Positions 1 to 11,214 of a DNA stretch of 64,000 bases are shown in pieces. The stretch spans positions 90,706,001-90,770,000 of the forward strand of contig NC_135656.1 in assembly GCF_964188315.1 (NCBI RefSeq), read 5' to 3'. The translations under genes and the position numbers were made by a program. How positions within the stretch are numbered: position 1 is the first letter of the stretch; each line of letters opens with the position of its first letter. The notes below the pieces were generated by a model that worked only from the letters and a program-made list of their open reading frames with translations, did no database searches and was not told the DNA's origin. The stretch is from Podarcis muralis. Lineage: Eukaryota.

Positions 1-1604
1 AACAGTACTGCTCCCACGGCCCTGTCTGAGGCGTCCGTTTCAACCCTCATCGGTCTGCTGGGATTCACATGCAGTAGCTGCTCTTCGGACGAGAAGAGAC
101 GCTTGAGTTTCTGAAAGGACTGCTCCGCTTGCTCCGTCCAGATGAACTTCTTCTTCTTGGAGCTGAGCGTGTCGGTAATGGCCGCCGTCTGCATCGCGAA
201 CCCCTTGATGAACTTGCGGTAAAAGTTAGCAAAGCCAACAAACCGCTGGACCTCCTTCCGATTGCGCGGGCTCTTCCAGTCCAACACCGAGCGAACCTTG
301 GCGCTGTCCATGGCGAGCCCCTTGTCCGACAATTTGTAGCCCAGGAAATCCACCTCCGTCATGTCGAACTGGCACTTCTCCAGCTTGGCGTACAGTCTGT
401 GCTCCTGCAGTCTCTGCAGAACTTCCTTGACATCTCTCTCGTGAGCCTCCTGCGATTCTGAAAATATCAGGATGTCGTCCAGGAAGCAGACGCACTTCTT
501 GTAGAGGAGTCCCGCTAACACGTGATGCATGAAAGCTTGAAAACAGTGGGAGCCATTTTGTAATCCAAAGGGCATAACCCTGTATTCATAGGTGCCCAGG
601 GGCGTGAACATGGCCGTCTTCCACTCGTCGCCTTCCCGTATGCGAATCAGGTTGTACGCCCCTCGCAGATCCAACTTGGTGAAAACGCGTCCTTTTCTCA
701 CCGTCGCGAGCAGGTCGTCGATCTTGGGCATGGGGAAGGCTGAGGGCTTGGTTTTCGAGTTCAAAATTCTATAGTCCACTACAAGCCTTTTTTGGGGCGT
801 GTCCTTTTTCTTCACAAAGAATACTGGACTGCCCCCCACTGCCCTGGACTCCCGGATGAAGCCGCGCTTCAAGTTGTGATCTATGAACTCCCTGAGTTCC
901 TGCAGTTCGTCCTCAGACATGGAATACAGTTTCCCTGTCGGCAGCGTCGCCCCCGGCAGGAGGTCAATCTTGCAGTCATAAGATCTGTGGGGAGGTAGCT
1001 TGTCCGCTTCCTTCTCGCAGAAAACCTCCAAAAACGCTGCGTACTTGATGGGCACTGCTTGCAGCGTGCCTAATTGTAGCTGCGGGTCATCCTCTTCCCC
1101 TTCCGTGCTAGGCAGAATGCAATGTTCCGCACAGTAGGAGGAGCCGAAAGTCAGTTGGCGCTGGTACCAAGCCAATGCAGGGCTGTGCCTGTGCAGCCAA
1201 CTCATGCCCAATACTACAGGCGTGTCCGACAGTTGGGTGACATTGAAGCTGATGACTTCTCGGTGATTCCCAATTTGCATCACCATCGGAGGCGTTTGCT
1301 TCACCACCTGCCCCCCCAGCAATTCCCTGCCATCCACCGTGACAACCTTCAGGGGCAGTGTGGTTGGCAGTAGCGCTATGCTGTGTTGTTGAATGAAATC
1401 CAGTCCTATAAAGTCTGCGTTACTGCCAGAGTCAATGGTAATGGGTACTTCCATAGTGAGTCCATTGGGTAGCTGGAGCGATGCGGTGAGCTGCACCACT
1501 GGTTTGGGCGGGAGGGGGTCTGTGGGCTGCAAAATTTCTGGGGACTGCTTCACTGACTCGTCTGGCTGGGCCCCAGTGCCTCTTCCTCCAGCCAGACTCC
1601 GTCG
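1..1604 (-). CDS. Ty3/gypsy pol (aspartic protease and reverse transcriptase), running off the left window edge
   Basis: Manual translation of the -1 frame gives the protease motif ITIDSGSNADFI (DSG at 1425-1433), then RT motifs LDLRGAYNLIRIREGDEWKTAMFTP, YRVMPFGLQN and CFLDDILIFS (474-485), all in one frame. The ORF track shows no closed ORF in this frame, consistent with an ORF open to the edge. Confidence 0.95.
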
Positions 1605-1610
1605 TTTCCC
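1538..1610 (-). promoter_or_regulatory. -1 programmed ribosomal frameshift signal (slippery heptamer plus stem/pseudoknot)
   Basis: G GGA AAC at 1610-1604 in gag phase, 6-nt spacer, perfect 10-bp stem GTCTGGCTGG/CCAGCCAGAC. The -1 frame leads directly into the protease. Confidence 0.85.
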
Positions 1611-2627
1611 TGCTGTGGTTCTCTCTGCTGAGTTGCTTCTGTTACTGTTGCGGAGGCTGCAGTGTGCCTGTGGAGCCTCTGGGGACACTCTTTCGCCATG
1701 TGCTGCGGATTGTCGCAGATGTAACACTTCCTGTTCCCTCTAGGAGGCTTCGCTTTGACTGCTCCCGGTGTTAGGGCTCTGGTAGCTGACTGAGCCCTGG
1801 CGCCTCCAATCTCCATCGGTTCCTCTCCCCCTCCCTGCGGAGGTGTGGATTGCGCACGCGCTGCATCCCTGGGAAAGAGGGGAGGTGCTCTCGCTGGCGT
1901 GCGTCCCCAACGCCCTTCATCCTTGCTCCATGGACGTTCTTCCAGACGCACCCCAATTGTCAGCACCCGCTGGACAATTTCCTGAGTGCTCTTTGGTCTC
2001 TCCCCCCTTGCAATTTCATCTTTAACATTTGCATTCAAGCCTTCCCAAAAAAAGGTCTCTGACTGGAGCAGAATCTTTCTCCCAACCCAGCGCGTTGACC
2101 AATGCAAAAAAGCGAGAATGATACTGCCTTACAGTGGCTCTTCCTTGTTTCAACCCATGTATGTCTTTTCTGGCGATATCAATGTCTATATTAGATAAAA
2201 AACACGAATCCATCGCTTTAATGAATGCATCCGCACTTCGGAGTGCCGGATCCTTGTCTCTCCACAGATTGCGCAGCCACGCTTTAGCATCCCCATACAA
2301 ATGGGATAAGATAAACCCCACCTTCTCTTGCTCATCTCTAAAGTCTTTATCCAGCAGTTGCAGAGCAAACAGCACGTCTGCTCGGAAGTTAGGGTACTGC
2401 TGTAAATTCCCATCGAAATGAGATACAAGACTGCCTCCTCTCTTCCCCAGCCCAATCCCCTCTGATTTGGGTCCCGGTTGCCCTTGCTTAGTAAGCACTT
2501 CCAACCTGGCTTGGAGATCCTTGCAGGCTGCAGCCGCTTCATCTTCCCTTTTCCTGGATGCGAGTATCTCAGCGTTGAGTTGTGTCACTGCATTATGCAG
2601 GGCTGCTATTTGCTGTTCTGTAGTCAT
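1550..2627 (-). CDS. Ty3/gypsy gag (sushi/PEG10-like), split by a 1-bp frameshift near 2047-2053
   Basis: ORF 2022-2627 has a coiled-coil N-terminus and retrotransposon gag motifs (FDGNLQQYPNF, EKVGFILSHLYGDAKAW, LKQGRATVRQY). ORF 1550-2107 continues FWEGLNANVKDEI...EEPMEIG...CYICDNPQHMAKEC (CCHC knuckle). Confidence 0.92.
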
Positions 2628-2729
2628 CTTGCCTGACTTTTGTGAGCTCGCGAAGCACCAATCTTCGCCCCTCGCTGCGTAACCTCACGCTGCGAGGTTT
2701 TTGGTGCAAAACGGAGATGGAGCTTAATC

Positions 2730-2813
2730 CAAATAAAGTTTGCAGACTGGGACACGCACTTCCAGGTTTGGCGTGTTTGTAATCCAAAATGTATGCAAAC
2801 CAAGGTACCACTG
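2730..2813. mobile_element. Terminal fragment of a Tc1/mariner (Tigger-like) MITE
   Basis: Ends in AAGGTACCACTG-TA, the same terminus as the complete MITEs at 41381-41593, 57010-57214 and 59605-59846. Confidence 0.7.
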
Positions 2814-2999
2814 TACTATGCTTATTTACTAATTGTTCAAGAGGCAACTGTGAACTGTTGGGTGGTAAAAACATAAATAGCTGGACAAGAGAGAGAGAGA
2901 GGAAAGTGCTCTCTAGGCAGGTCAGAGGCTATATACTTGCAATTTCCAATAACAGTTTTTTAAGACCAAAATGTGCATATTAGTACTTCAGTGGTTTGA

Positions 3000-4850
3000 A
3001 TTTTCACTCATCTAATTAAAATGCTTCCGTAAGTTTTGCGAGTTTGAACTTCAAGTAACTTGCCTATCTTTGACCAACTTTGTGTCTGCCAGTTGAGAGT
3101 AATTATGTGTTGTTGTTTTCCAGTGGTGTTATTATTGTCCGGTAGGTGGCACTAGTATTTCTACCACAAATCTTCTGGAAGACACCTGGTCTTTTGAAAA
3201 CATTCATGCTAGTCCCATGCAGTTTTAAAGTGCTCTAAACAGCTGGTTTCCCCACTCTTATATGTTGATATTGTGTGCAGACTGTCATTTGAGTAATCCC
3301 ATCAAACAAGAGCTGCAAATAAAGAACAAAGTCTGGTTTGCAGTCCTGGTTAGGAGGACACAGTCCAACAATGAGTAGTTTAGCAATTTGGTGTATGAGT
3401 TCTGCTGAAGAGCCGTAGTGATGAATGATCCGCATGCAGCCGAACCTTCTTACGATTCCACTCTATGCCTAACTCTGCACACATCCACTCCACTCAAATG
3501 GTCAGCACCATAATTTTGGCATGTGGCTTGCCATTCCCAAATAATGCTGGTGGAATACATTGGAAACAAAAATAAATTTTGATGCAAGTCAACTTTTTTA
3601 TAAAGTCAGGGGGAAACACCTTAGGATACGGTGGGTTATAAACAATATATATATATTAATTCATTTAAGGATATGCATATTTACTGCTTGCCTCACGGGT
3701 GAATTGTGAAGTCCGGTAGGTGGCACTAGTATTTCTACCACAAATCTTCTGGAAGACACCTGGTCTTTTGAAAACATTCATGCTAGTCCCATGCAGTTTT
3801 AAAGTGCTCTAAACAGCTGGTTTCCCCACTCTTATATGTTGTTCTGAAACTGCTTTTTGCAGGTGTTGTTCCAATGCTGAGATACAATCAACTAACTCGA
3901 ACCTCCCCATTCTGCGAATAAACAAGGTAGTTTTCCTAACAGCAAAACCAATGTGCAATATGACAGCATTGACATCAGAAGGAATAATTAAAGTTTTCAG
4001 CCAACCATTATTATAAAAAAGTATTCCTCTGACAGTGACAGCACTGTCTTGTGAGGAGTTGTCCTCTTACACTAATTGTATTCCCCCCAGAGTTTGCATT
4101 AGTTGGTAACACATACTTTGTGGCGGTTTTGTTTTTGTTTTTTGTTGTTGTTTTTTTGCCAGCATTGCAACACTTCCCTATTGCAGGACAGGGCTTGTGT
4201 CTCTGACAGCCTCCACACTGTATGCACTTCTTTCAGGGAGGTGTTAATTCAACGGACAGTTCAGTGTAAACTTCCTCGTGTTGCATCTAGGACTCCTGCA
4301 GCTTCCATCTTCACTAATTGTATCTATGGAAACATTTGCAGTTTTTCCTCTCCAGGGCTTGCATTCTAGGCCATGTTGCAGCAGCAGCTTGTGCAGCCTT
4401 GAATGCCTTTCTAGCATTAGATTGCAGTCTTCCAAGAGTCTTTTTTTGCAGTTTCCAGTCTCTAATCCCCAAAGCTATCAGATCTCTAATTAATGACTCT
4501 GTTAAACTCCCAAAGTCACATATCTGATTCATCAGTTTAGGGTCAGTAAGGAATTCTTTCAATGTTCCCCCTTTATGCTACACTCTTGAGCTAAAACTCA
4601 CACCTTTCATAAATCTCATTGCTCCTGGTCATGCAATACTCAAATTTATTTAGAAGCAAGCCTGCTCTTCCTGGCTTGATTGCACGGCATGGAAAATATC
4701 TACTGCCTCATGCCCTGCTATATGCAAAAACGTGGTTATCTTTTGAAGATCCTCTTTTTTCTTCCATTCTTGTAGCTTGCATACAGATGGCGAAGCCATG
4801 CTTAAACCTTTCCCTGAAATCTGCTGCATTGCCATTCCATGTGTTATGTG
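3000..4850 (-). mobile_element. Old degenerate Ty3/gypsy remnant (gag, zinc knuckle, probable protease region)
   Basis: Fragmented translations: KEDLQKITTFLHIAGHEAVDIF, EFLTDPKL..QICDFGSLTESLIRDLIALGIRD, and a decayed knuckle KKCIQCGGCQRHKPCPAIGKCC (~4150-4230). Many stops and frameshifts; left boundary approximate. Confidence 0.65.
3137..3841 (+). repeat. Perfect 131-bp dispersed direct repeat (3137-3267 and 3711-3841)
   Basis: Base-by-base comparison from GTCCGGTAGG to CTTATATGTTG shows identity. Confidence 0.95.
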
Positions 4851-5015
4851 GCCCCTGACAGGTTTGTCATGAGGGAATGTGGCCCTTCTTCACCCCTGAT
4901 TTAGCTGCTACAGTACTGGCTGAAACAACACACCCAGGTTGCTTGTGCAACATATCCTTCTCTGTTGCCTGATCGGCCTAGAATTCTGTAGTAATTGGAC
5001 CTCCTTATCAACAAC

Positions 5016-5094
<79 letters not shown>

Positions 5095-5165
5095 TAATAA
5101 TAATAATATTTGTACCCCACCCATCTGGCTGGGTTTCCCCAACCACTCTGGGCGGCTTCCAACAA
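5016..5165 (-). repeat. (GAT)n(AAT)n microsatellite forming the tail of an L2 LINE 3' end
   Basis: Compound triplet repeat 5016-5107 abuts TTTGTACCCCACCCATCTGGCTGGGTTTCCCC, the reverse complement of the L2 tail seen at 60620-60665. Confidence 0.8.
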
Positions 5166-6487
5166 AGATTAAAAATACATTAAAATCTTATCACCTGCTT
5201 GCACTTTGTACCTGATAAAATGGACTCTAGTCCATAAAAGCTTATGCCACAATAGTTTTGTTCTTCTTTAAGCTGCCACACCACTCTTGTGTTATTTCAC
5301 TTAATATGCAACTGCGTTACGTAAATGGAAACAAAAGTGCTATGATTTTAATAAATTTTCACAGCGCTCCAATTTCCTCGTTCTGTTTTAGACAACCGCC
5401 TCCCGCAAGTTAGGTTATTCCACCTTGCCTTGCCTGCGATTGTGCAAATCAACTTTTGCTGACAACTTAATTCCCGTCCTTTCCTTTGAGCCTCCTTGTG
5501 GTGTCTCAGGGGATGTCCATCATTATTCAGGAGAACGCCTTGCATGAATGATGGTGTCGGCTGTTCCTCGCAAGCTCCTTCATTCATAGCTTTAAGCACT
5601 TACCTGGGGTAAAACTGTAACAAAAATTATTTCCCTTTGTGTTAAAATGTACACTCAGACTGCCTGATTTAGGCTAACCTGGACATTAAAAAAAAGACAG
5701 TGACACCTGTTATAGACAGCAATAAAACTGTCCCAATGATCAATCTTGTTTCAGGTTGGGATAAAACTCCGTGAACCGAAACATAACAATCCATCAGATT
5801 GACAGGAATACTACATGCATTATCTCTTGAAGTAGTATGCTTCCCAGCTAAGATTCCTAATTTGTCTTTCCTTTGCTTCTTGACAGGTACCAGATCTGTC
5901 ATTCATGCAATTCATGCAGTTACTCGCCATAAGCAAAATGAAGCTCGGAGCATCTCCATCTTCAGAGCAGGCCTATATTTTTTTCTGCAGTCAAAGTCCT
6001 ATTGTAGTCACAAAATGGTTTCTCTCAACACGTGCGCGCACACTTACACCAGGGATGGGGGAAGAGAGGGAATGAGTTCTTTGGAATAAGGGTGACAAAA
6101 TACTATAAAAATTGCTGCCTGGTATTCTACGCAGACGACTATCACTCTCTGGCTCTGTATGCAGTTAAAAAGCATTAAAGTGCCAGTATTGTGACACACC
6201 AAGACCTCACTGTCAAATAATCCTAAAACAGGTGTCAGGATTGCATACGAGAACTACAGGTTTGCATGCAAGTGGCACACTTCATAACAGTGCAAACACG
6301 CATAATAAAACTGCCTTTAAAGACAATTTGGAAACTGGGACTGGTCCAAAACTATAGGTTCAAGGAAGGGGTTCAAACTCAACACATCTTGCACCAATCC
6401 TATGTAAATTACATTGACTATGACCATTCATTTACAGACTCAATTTTCATTCTTGCCGTTGATCTTTAAAGGCCCTTAACGGCACAG

Positions 6488-6734
6488 AAGAAGAAGAGGA
6501 GTTTGGATTTGATATCCCGCTTTATCACTACCCGAAGGAGTCTCAAAGCGGCTAACAATCTCCTTTCCCTTCCTCCCCCACAACAAACACTCTGTGAGGT
6601 GAGTGAGGCTGAGAGACTTCAGAGAAGTGTGACTAGCCCAAGGTCACCCAGCAGCTGCATGTGGAGGAGCGGAGACGCGAACCCGGTTCCCCAGATTACG
6701 AGTCTATCACTCTTAACCACTACACCACACTGGC
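6488..6734 (-). mobile_element. tRNA-derived SINE (Squam3-like)
   Basis: Minus strand begins GCCAGTGTGGTGTAGTGGTTAAGAG (A box) with a B-box-like GGTTCGCGTCT and a (CTT)n tail. Near-identical to three other copies in the window. Confidence 0.85.
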
Positions 6735-7326
6735 GCAAGTTATGTGAATGGCGGGTTATGCTCAAATGTGATTAGCTGAGGCCTAAGACCTGTATCAGAG
6801 GCCTTCCTCTATGGTCCGCCTTAGTCAAGATCAGACTTTCAGGTGCCAGGAGCAGGGGCTTCTTGGTTGTGGTACTATCTTCCCACAAGCCCCTTTCTGC
6901 CAGGTTTTAACTGGTCTGTCGAAACCTTTTTATTCCGAGAGGCTTTTTATTATGGATTCTATTATTAGATTTAGATTAGATTCTTATGATGTTATGCAAC
7001 TGTTTAAATGGTTTAGATGCTGAGAAATTTTATTGTGAGCTGCCTTGGAATCTATTTTATTTTTTAGATAGGATAAAAATGTCCAAAATAGATAATTAAA
7101 TCACCTATCAGTATTTATTAAAACAGGTTTTGGGGGAGCAAATCAGCTATTTTAAATCTTGACTCTCCCTGATTAGATAAAAACATCAAATTTAATTAGT
7201 AGCTCCTGTGACATAAGGCCAACAAATTTACTGGAGCACCAGCTGTTGTGGGTCAGAGCTTACTTGAGCAGAAGCTTCAAAAGGTAACACTGTAAGAAAT
7301 TACAGGCATGTTTTGGGGATGGGATC

Positions 7327-7690
7327 CATGGCGGAGCAAGCCAATTGGGCTCCTGGGGTGGCGAGTGTGCCCTGCACCCAGGGGCAGGGCCAGCCGCCTG
7401 CAAGGTGGGGCAAGCTGGGGCAGGACGCTCCATGGGGCCTCTGAGGAGTCTGCCTGCCTCCTCCCACTCAGCCGCCCTACAGCTGAGGGGGAGCAGCAGG
7501 CAGACCATTTGAGGCAGTACAGAGCCTGCGGGTGCCCAAGCCACCGCGTCACTCCCAGGAGAGATGCGTGGCTCAGGCGTGCTGCAGGCCTCGCGGTGAG
7601 TGCCACCTCACATTTTGTCACTCCCCTCAGTGGTGAGACCCAGGGCGGCCCACATACCCCTTCCTCCACCCCTGGCTGGGATGTACTGTA
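7327..7690. mobile_element. Non-autonomous DNA-transposon-like repeat (sibling of 43495-43829)
   Basis: Shares CTCTGAGGAGTCTGCCTGCCTCCTCCCACTCAGCCGCCCTACAGC and CCCAAGCCACCGCGTCACTCCCAGG with the 43.5-kb copy; termini degenerate. Confidence 0.6.
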
Positions 7691-7709
7691 GCTCAGTGGC
7701 AAAGCACTG

Positions 7710-7958
7710 GAGAGCCAGTGTGGTGTAGTGGTTAAGAGCAGTAGTCTTGTAATCTGGGTTCGCATCTCCGCTCCTCCACATGCAGCTGCTGGGTGACCTT
7801 GGGTCAGTCACACTTCTTTGAAGTCTCTCAGCCCTACTCACTTCCCAGAGTGTTCGTTGCGGGGGAGGAAGGGAAAGGAGAATGTTAGCTGCTTTGAGTC
7901 TCCTTCAGGTAGTGATAAAGCGGGATGTAAAATCCAAGCTCTTCTTCTTCTCTTCTTC
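7710..7958 (+). mobile_element. tRNA-derived SINE (Squam3-like)
   Basis: GAGAGCCAGTGTGGTGTAGTGGTTAAGAG head, same body as the other copies, (CTT)n tail. Confidence 0.85.
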
Positions 7959-8982
7959 TTTGCATTCAGAAGGTTCCAGGTTCAATCCCTTACATCTCCA
8001 AATAGGACTGGGAGCATCCCCTGCCCAGAGTTGGCCCAGAACAGTTTCCCTATGGCCTATGCTGACTCTTTCAAGGTGCCACCAAATACATAGCTCTTGG
8101 TTCAGAATTCACTGGAGATGCCATGTTACCTAGCGAAGACCCATCAAGAGCTATGCACAGGTCATGTGCAACATTTGTGAGATGTCACTCCAGTCAATCC
8201 AATACTTCCATTCCATATCAGGAGGCACAGCTGACCCCTTCTCATGCTTTCTGAAAACGTTTCTGTTTTAGACTGCTTTTAATTAAAAAGGAAGGTCAGG
8301 GTTTTATTATGCTGTTGGACTCTGTTCAGACTTTATGCTAAAATGGATACCTAAATTGAAACTTATATATTGCTCTTTTAGTGCTTTCCATTTATTATTG
8401 CCCTTGCTGCTTATTTTGTAATTTTGGTGTTGGTAAGAGTTTAATTGGAGTTTTTTAACCCCTTTTGCTCTGCCACCATGGCTCATAAATCTAAAAATAA
8501 AACGATGAAGTAAGCTACAATATACACATACATGCCAAACACACCAGTTAAATTTCTACCACATTACAGAAGCACACCTTTCCCAAGAAAAAGCAGCAAA
8601 GCAGAGAAATTTGCAAGCAATTCTGATGTTGCTTGCAAACGCCCAGCACTTAGCAAGATTGCTCCTCCATTGCATCAGCTGCTGTGAAGAGAGAGCGATC
8701 CTGCTTAGCACTGGGTTACAAAAGGTGCCCCCTTTCACCTTTGAAGTGCTTCAGGCAGCACTTTTGAGAAGTGCTTTAAGGCAGCCCCCATGTTGAAACA
8801 CGAGACTTTGCCCCCAGCCCACTGCTATCAACCACCCATTCGCAGGAGTTATACACAAGCTTCTTAAAACAGTGCTTTTGAGCAAGATTTAATCAATTGA
8901 TAAGCAGAGATTAAATCCTGCTGTCTTGGCTGTGTGATCCTGTTCCTTCCTGGGAACTGGGCAGCCAAGGGAGGATTTAAAC

Positions 8983-9260
8983 CAGGGGTCGGCAACCTAA
9001 GGCCCATGGCCACAAGCGGCCCACAAGGGTCATTTAACTGGCCCACAAGCCGCTCCCGAAACAAGTCGCCCGCTTGGCGAGTCCGCGCACGCTGCGCTAA
9101 ACCGGCGCAGTGCGGTGCGGGGACTCACTTCTGTGGTGCTGGAAATCACATCTGCCCAGACACAGGTGCCGAAAATCATGTCTGCGCAGACACATTCCAG
9201 TCCACGGAGTGATCTCCACAGCAGTGAACCGGCCCAGGCAAGGTAAACTTTGCCGACCCG
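8983..9260. mobile_element. Non-autonomous hAT element with 8-bp TSD, nested in an older hAT-like repeat
   Basis: TIR CAGGGGTCGGCAA / TTGCCGACCCG; TSD ATTTAAAC at 8975-8982 and 9261-9268. An older terminus GGTTCCCCACCCCTG lies at 9391-9405. Confidence 0.75.
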
Positions 9261-9908
9261 ATTTAAACCCTCTCCTCCCACCCATCAGCTGACATCATCA
9301 GTGATGTCAGTAGGTGGGTGTGGTTTGGAGAAAACAGCCTGGCAGGCCAATTCGGAGCCCCTAGTGGACAAGGTTGGTACACCAACCAGAGGTTCCCCAC
9401 CCCTGTAGTATGGTAACCTTAGCTAACCTTCCCTTCTGCTGAGAACAACTATCCTAATGTGACAAAAGAGAAGAGTGTAAATCGTAACACAAATCACCCA
9501 GCTCCTCCCTCCGTGACCACTTAATACCTTCAGAGCAGGGAGGCGCAGCATGCTGCTGGGTCCTTTCCTTTGCACTTCAGCAAATCCTTATGGAATGCAA
9601 CATCAGGATGTTCCAAGTGCAGCAACATTTATTTACTGTAAAGGTGGAGCCCTTCTAAATATATCTGCCTTTTGCTTTGATATATTCTTCGCTTATGGGC
9701 TCTTTCCTATACAATGCAGAATTGATTTACATCCATCTCACTTCCATGCATTCTCAACAAGAATAAGAAGTGCATAAGCTGGAAAGTTATTTTTAAAGTG
9801 TTCAGTGCTACTTGCAGCAATGGCAATATACTCACACAATTGGCCTGCTCAGGTGGAAGGAGCGTTTTTCCTTTAGCTTACCGTGGTTTCCAGTTTGCAC
9901 ATATGATG

Positions 9909-10247
9909 TACCCTCCAACATTTATCTAGTGAAAATAGGAACGTCCCATTCCATAATGATAGTTTTACTATTTATACCCCACACATTTTACTGGGTTGCC
10001 CCAGTCACTCTGGGCAGCTTCTAACATAGATAAAACATAATAAAACATTAAACTTTTTTTTAAAACTTCTCTATACAGAATTGCCTTCAGACGGCTCAGG
10101 GATTAGATAACTCCATACCCCCCCCCCCAACATTTCTCCAGTGAAAATAGGGACATCCTAAGGAAAAGTGGGATATTCTGGGTTCAAATCAGAAACTGGG
10201 ACAGTTCTAGGGACATTCCTAGAAAATAGGGACACTTAGAGGGTCTA
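9909..10247. mobile_element. Composite TIR element containing an L2 3' tail
   Basis: Ends TACCCTCCAA / TTAGAGGGTCTA; left-end motif repeated at ~10114-10140; reversed L2 tail at ~9966-10030. Confidence 0.5.
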
Positions 10248-10454
10248 ATGTTATATAAACCAGACATTCTGGGCACCAATTAGATGGGCAGCAGGATTAG
10301 ACCCCAAAGTGTGTGGCTTTAAAAGTAGGTGCATTTTGTCACTGAATTGCAATGGCTCTCCTAATTCAGGTTTGTGCATATCATATAAGTGGATTGGAGT
10401 ATCCACATGTTTCTGCATTTACGATTCTGCATTGGTTGCAAATATTGGCATGTA

Positions 10455-10820
10455 CCGTATTTTTTGCACCATAACACTCACTTTTTTCCTCCTAGAAAGT
10501 AAGGGGAAATGTCTGTGCGTGTTATGGAGCGAATGCCTGCGGGTGGCGGGGGGGATCTGCTGCAGTCGTGAGCAGAGGATCCATCGTTCCCCTTCCTTCC
10601 CTCCTCTGTGGTTACAAAGCATGGATCCACATGGATCCTCAGGATTTTTGCATTGGGCTACTCCAAACTCACTGTCAGATCACATGTCTGTGGCCACAGC
10701 ATGAACCACAAAAATCATATATCCACTATTTCGTTTAGAATATTTTTTTTCTTGTTTTCCTCCTCTAAAAACTACGTGCGTGTTATGGTCTGGTGCGTGT
10801 TATAGAGCGAAAAATACGGG
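10455..10820. mobile_element. Tc1/mariner-type MITE (TA-CCGTATTTTT termini)
   Basis: TA-CCGTATTTTT ... AAAAATACGG(G)-TA; the first ~95 bp are shared with the element at 57957. Confidence 0.8.
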
Positions 10821-10952
10821 TACTTTATATGAAATGAAGAGATAAGCATTAGCCACAATCCATCCCTAGGAGCTGTAGCCCTGCAAACAAAAGAAAAAAC
10901 CCAAAAACAAAACCCAGAATAATTTCATCTCTCAGGCATTTTTGCGCACCTT

Positions 10953-11214
10953 AAGAAGAAGAAGAAGAGGAGGAGGAGTTTGGATTTGATATCCCGCCTT
11001 TCACTCCCTTTAAGGAGTCTCAAAGCGGCTAACATTCTCCTTTCCCTTCCTCCCCCACAACAAACACTCTGTGAGGTGAGTGGGGCTGAGAGACTTCAAA
11101 GAAGTGTGACTGGCCCAAGGTCACCCAGCAGCTGCATGTGGAGGAGCGGAGACGCGAACCCAGTTCCCCAGATTACGAGACTACCACTCTTAACCACTAC
11201 ACCACCCTGGCTCT
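10953..11214 (-). mobile_element. tRNA-derived SINE (Squam3-like)
   Basis: Same sequence family as 6488-6734. Confidence 0.85.

Noticed and set aside
129-1743. Plus-strand ORFs over the gypsy pol
   Set aside because: Antisense shadows of the open pol frame.
4901-5215. Poly-Y/H and poly-M/I ORFs
   Set aside because: Translations of the (GAT)n(AAT)n microsatellite.
5598-5620. Possible 11-nt minus-strand microexon (TACAG|TTTTACCCCAG|GTAAGT) and a donor-like site near 6040
   Set aside because: No partner exons or coding signal; such motifs arise by chance and need RNA evidence.
6503-6775. Recurring ORF MDLISR...PQITRLPLL (also at 10980 and 53469)
   Set aside because: Antisense reading of a SINE; it recurs because the SINE is repeated.
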